This document shows, one piece after another, positions 60,701 through 64,000 of a stretch of 64,000 nt of DNA. Positions within the stretch are counted from its first letter, which is position 1. Every line of letters begins with the position of its first letter. Position numbers and translations under genes: made by a program. The stretch comes from Eledone cirrhosa (lineage: Eukaryota). Location of the stretch: NCBI GenBank assembly GCA_964016885.1, contig OZ024742.1, positions 127,906,001-127,970,000 of the forward strand, in the 5' to 3' direction. A model generated the notes under the pieces. The model saw only the letters and a list, made by a program, of their open reading frames with translations. It ran no database searches and was not told where the DNA came from.

Positions 60701-63692
60701 CCTTGTGCCAAAAGTAGAAACGATTATAGGCTTGTAAGAAATAGTAAACCAGTGAAGAAGGATATATATACCTGTATTATGTGTTTATTCTATTATTCAG
60801 CCAAAAATTTAGCTTATCTTGAAGTACTTACTATTCTACAATTTCTTTTTATACTATTAGCTTTGATTATATGACTACTGAAGGTGGTGAATTGGCAGAG
60901 TTGTTAGAAACGTCAGATAGAATGCTTTATTGTATTCTTTTTGGCTCTCTCAGTTCAAATCTCTCAGTTCAAATCCTGCCAAGGTCAACTTTGCCTTTCA
61001 GCCATTCAAAGTTGATAAAAATAAGTACCAGTCCAGAACTGGGGTCGATTCTTCTTTCTCACTGCCTCTCTCCCACTTTCTATCTTTCTCTGGAAGAAAT
61101 CTGCTGTATTTAGACCTGGAGAAGAGATGGGCTCTGCCAGGTTTAAAAATGCCATAGAAACACCATATTGACATACAGCACCCCTACTTCAGGAGTTACA
61201 GGATTATGCATATATCACTATTATAGTAAATGGAAAGAGTTTAGGCTTTTCTCCAATGATTTCTACATTTTGTTGTTTGTGAATAGCATGGATATTTTTC
61301 TTAATATATGATAATCCTGCCCTAAATATTTCATCAAATAGTCTTCAGTCATGGTTAAGAAAGCAGCAAAAATTAATTGAAAAAACTATGGTAGGTTACA
61401 AAAGAAATCTTAGATGAATTTTGACCAAAGAGATCTCATAAATAGTGATTTCATTGTTTTTGACCATGAATTTTGAATTTGATAAGATTTGAAGGTTCCC
61501 AACAAACCAACGAAAAATGTTTAAATAACAGAGTTCTGGTGCTTAGAGTAGTGAAAGGTACTCTTTTATCATCATCGTCTCATTATGTTTGTCTACATTT
61601 GCATGCTGACATAGATATGCCGAGACATTTTTGAGGCAGTATTCTACAGCCAGTCCTTTCTAATGGAAACCCTTGTTTATTTTTAAATGTGGTTCTTATT
61701 CCTCTGATTTTCACCTTCTCAACCAATGAGCTGTAGGACATAAACCAATGGCACTGGTTGTTTAAACAGTGTCATTGTGAAGAGACATATATAAACACAT
61801 ATAAAATGGCTTTTGCAGAGTTTCTAGCTGCTAAATTTTATTCACAACGCATTGGTTAGCCTGAGGTTGTGGTAGAAAACACTAGCCTAAGGGCAATGCA
61901 GTAGGATCATGCCATGCTTATGTCTTCATATTTACCATATATACTGAATATAAGCTGAATCTCTATTTTAGGTTTGAGAAATAAGAAAAATCCAAACTCC
62001 TTTTGTAAGCTGAGGCAGCTAATCAACACATTATAATTAGATGCCATGGTTTTAAAATTCTCATGAGTGGAGAATATATTTATTAAGTTTTAATATTTTG
62101 ATATTTAAATGTTGTAAGTGTTGTTTAGAGTATAGTTTTGTTTCACAACTCCATTACGTAATAATTTTTTACCGATTTCCCACTGTTTTGAACACCATAT
62201 TCATTCAAAACATTAAAAAAAACAGGAAAAACGAATTTCCCATCGAAAGTGAAACTGGTGTTATATTCACCTCCAAAGCCAAAATATTTTAGCATTTCAC
62301 TTGCGTAGAATTTTGAAGTTGCTGAAAATCGGCAAAATATTGACCTGAAAAATATTGACAACCCATTTTACCATCAATTCTTTTGTTACATATTTCTTGG
62401 CTTATATATGAGTGTATGTGGGAGTTACAATTACAGACACAGTGATGAGGATGAGATATAAGATATGAATCCATTGGCAGTTAAGATTGCACCCAAATAA
62501 CTCAGCTAGCATTATTTTTCACCATTCAATAAATTTAGTTATAAGCTGAAGATTTGTTGACAATATTTTGCTAGCAGTTGAATAAACAAACTAAAATTTT
62601 AGGCATAATATAATTTCTGTATAAAATAACCATAACTTTTGTTTATTATAATATAAATTAAAAATTTGTGTTGGATAATTTTGTTTCACTAATTATTTTG
62701 ATTGTTATGTAACTCAAAGGGATGACTTATTATTAGTTGTTGGTTTGATAGAAAGTGTTTTAGAAGAAACTAAACAAAATAAGGGAAGGTAGAAGTTTGG
62801 TTGCTTGCCTAATTAAAATAAAGAGACTTTACCTGGAGTTTGGGCTTGGTCCTGATCCTCTTCGCTTTCTATAATTTCAACATTGTTGTCATTTTCATCT
62901 TGTTTGTCTTCCATTACTATTTCTTGTTGTTCTTGATCAGATTCTTCAATCATATTATCTAGAGGTGGTTCTGGTGGAGTTATTAGATTAAGAGTTGTTG
63001 ACTGTAGGCCAGAATGGAAAGAATAACATTCATCAAACATCATCATAGTATCAAGATTCTATGTACTTCCTTCCTACATATCAAGGAAAGCCACTTTTCA
63101 GGTGGTACCAAATTATATGCTCTTTTTTACTAATCAGTATTTCATTCTTTGCTTAGGCATTTGAACTATAAATTATGATTCTAAGTTTGGAACCCTTTTT
63201 TTTCTACAATTCTTCAAAATTATAATTTTTTATCAAACAATCATTTGTAGAGCAGTGGTGATAGCAGACAGTAAAGAGTTCTTATGCTATCTGTTCAGTG
63301 GTTCACTATTCAATATTCTAATCTCACCAAAGGTGTCTTCATTTTTCACCTTCCAAGGTTGATAAAATATATATCAGTAATATACTGAAGCCAGTCAGTT
63401 AGACTATATCCATTCTACCCCCCCCCCCCCTCCCCTAAAAAAACAACATTTTATACTGCCTCCATATAGATATGGTTTGGGCAGGTTTGCTGTAGCAATT
63501 TTCCTCATTTGTATCTGTCCTTCAAATTGATGGCAATATTCATGTATGTGTGAATGTGAGAGAGAGAATAATCATGCTTATTACCTTAATAATATGGAGC
63601 AGAAAACACAAGACTTCTGAGCCTTTGTAACTTTCTTCTGCTTCTAGTTCAGATCGTGTACTTTGGTAAACACCATTCATTACTTTTTTTAC
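57668..63692 (-). CDS. FKBP15: FK506-binding protein 15 (FKBP15/WAFL), 3' exons; the gene continues beyond the window
   Basis: Exons 63585-63692, 62833-63001, 59699-60068, 57851-57962 and 57668-57751 join in frame. VKKVMNGVYQS.R.E.E.EESY.G..VL...IIK|STTL.L and terminal PPPLFGSDDDEDDD match the FKBP15 C-terminus as I recall it. Confidence 0.88.
57851..57962 (-). CDS. FKBP15: FKBP15 exon (LTASTSGELSTDDIFG...SMEE)
   Basis: ttgtag| and |gtaagt; phase 2-0. Confidence 0.8.
58182..58274. mobile_element. Small MITE
   Basis: agtttcagggtccagttatg / cataactagtccccgaaact imperfect TIRs. Confidence 0.5.
59699..60068 (-). CDS. FKBP15: FKBP15 acidic low-complexity exon
   Basis: ttttag| and |gtaagg; phase 1-2. 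Confidence 0.8.
60344..60725 (+). mobile_element. Tandem pair of family-A SINEs in an FKBP15 intron
   Basis: Two near-identical ~180-bp units (60344-60522 and 60548-60725). Confidence 0.85.
62833..63001 (-). CDS. FKBP15: FKBP15 acidic exon (STTLNLITPPEPP...QTP)
   Basis: ctacag| and |gtaaag. Confidence 0.85.
63585..63692 (-). CDS. FKBP15: FKBP15 exon (VKKVMNGVYQSTRSELEAEESYKGSEVLCFLLHIIK)
   Basis: ttcag| and |gtaata; not in the ORF track. Confidence 0.9.
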
Positions 63693-63749
63693 CTGAAGAT
63701 AGATATATATTATGTGTGCTTATATAAAAATATAGAAACTGGATTTAAG

Positions 63750-64000
63750 AGGAATCAGAAGTGGTGTGCAAGAGAGAAGACTGTGTTAGTGAGGATATGT
63801 AATGTGCATGGATAATGATCACTGGGTGAAGAAGTGCCAGGAAATCCTAGCGGAGGGAAGCTGAAATAGAGATAAACCAAAGAAGACTGGGCAAAGATGG
63901 TGAGAGCTGATCTCAAATTGCTGAGACTCATGGAGCGGATGATGAAGGAATGTGCCAAGTGGAGAGATGCTGTGCTGAAAAGGATCTGTCCAACCCATGC
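63750..64000 (+). mobile_element. RTE LINE 3' end, degraded
   Basis: PKKDWAKMVRADL-like remnants ending gtccaacccatgc. Confidence 0.55.

Overview
AT-rich, intron-rich animal genomic DNA. The repeat landscape (tRNA-derived SINEs, RTE-tailed SINEs, (TA)n tracts) looks like a coleoid cephalopod such as octopus; this assignment is inference. I reconstructed three spliced host genes by hand: (1) the 3' part of an FMNL-type formin (+, 12 exons, 335-13227), which contains a U12-type AT-AC intron (9698-11131); (2) a complete promethin/LDAF1(TMEM159)-like gene (-, 3 coding exons, 411 aa) with a long low-complexity tail carrying a LIR-like motif; (3) the 3' end of FKBP15 (-, 5 exons). Between and within the genes lie many decayed transposons: a near full-length Naiad-type Penelope-like element, Tx1/L1, RTE and CR1-like LINE pieces, Helitrons, a DD37D mariner, MITEs and SINEs. 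The main hidden theme is a set of Penelope-type termini with minimal or variant hammerhead ribozyme folds at six loci, including a U3-A8 core variant. There is also a ~510-bp highly structured non-coding mini-element that copies the Penelope terminal architecture but has no hammerhead core. All folds and alignments were done by eye; no database was searched.
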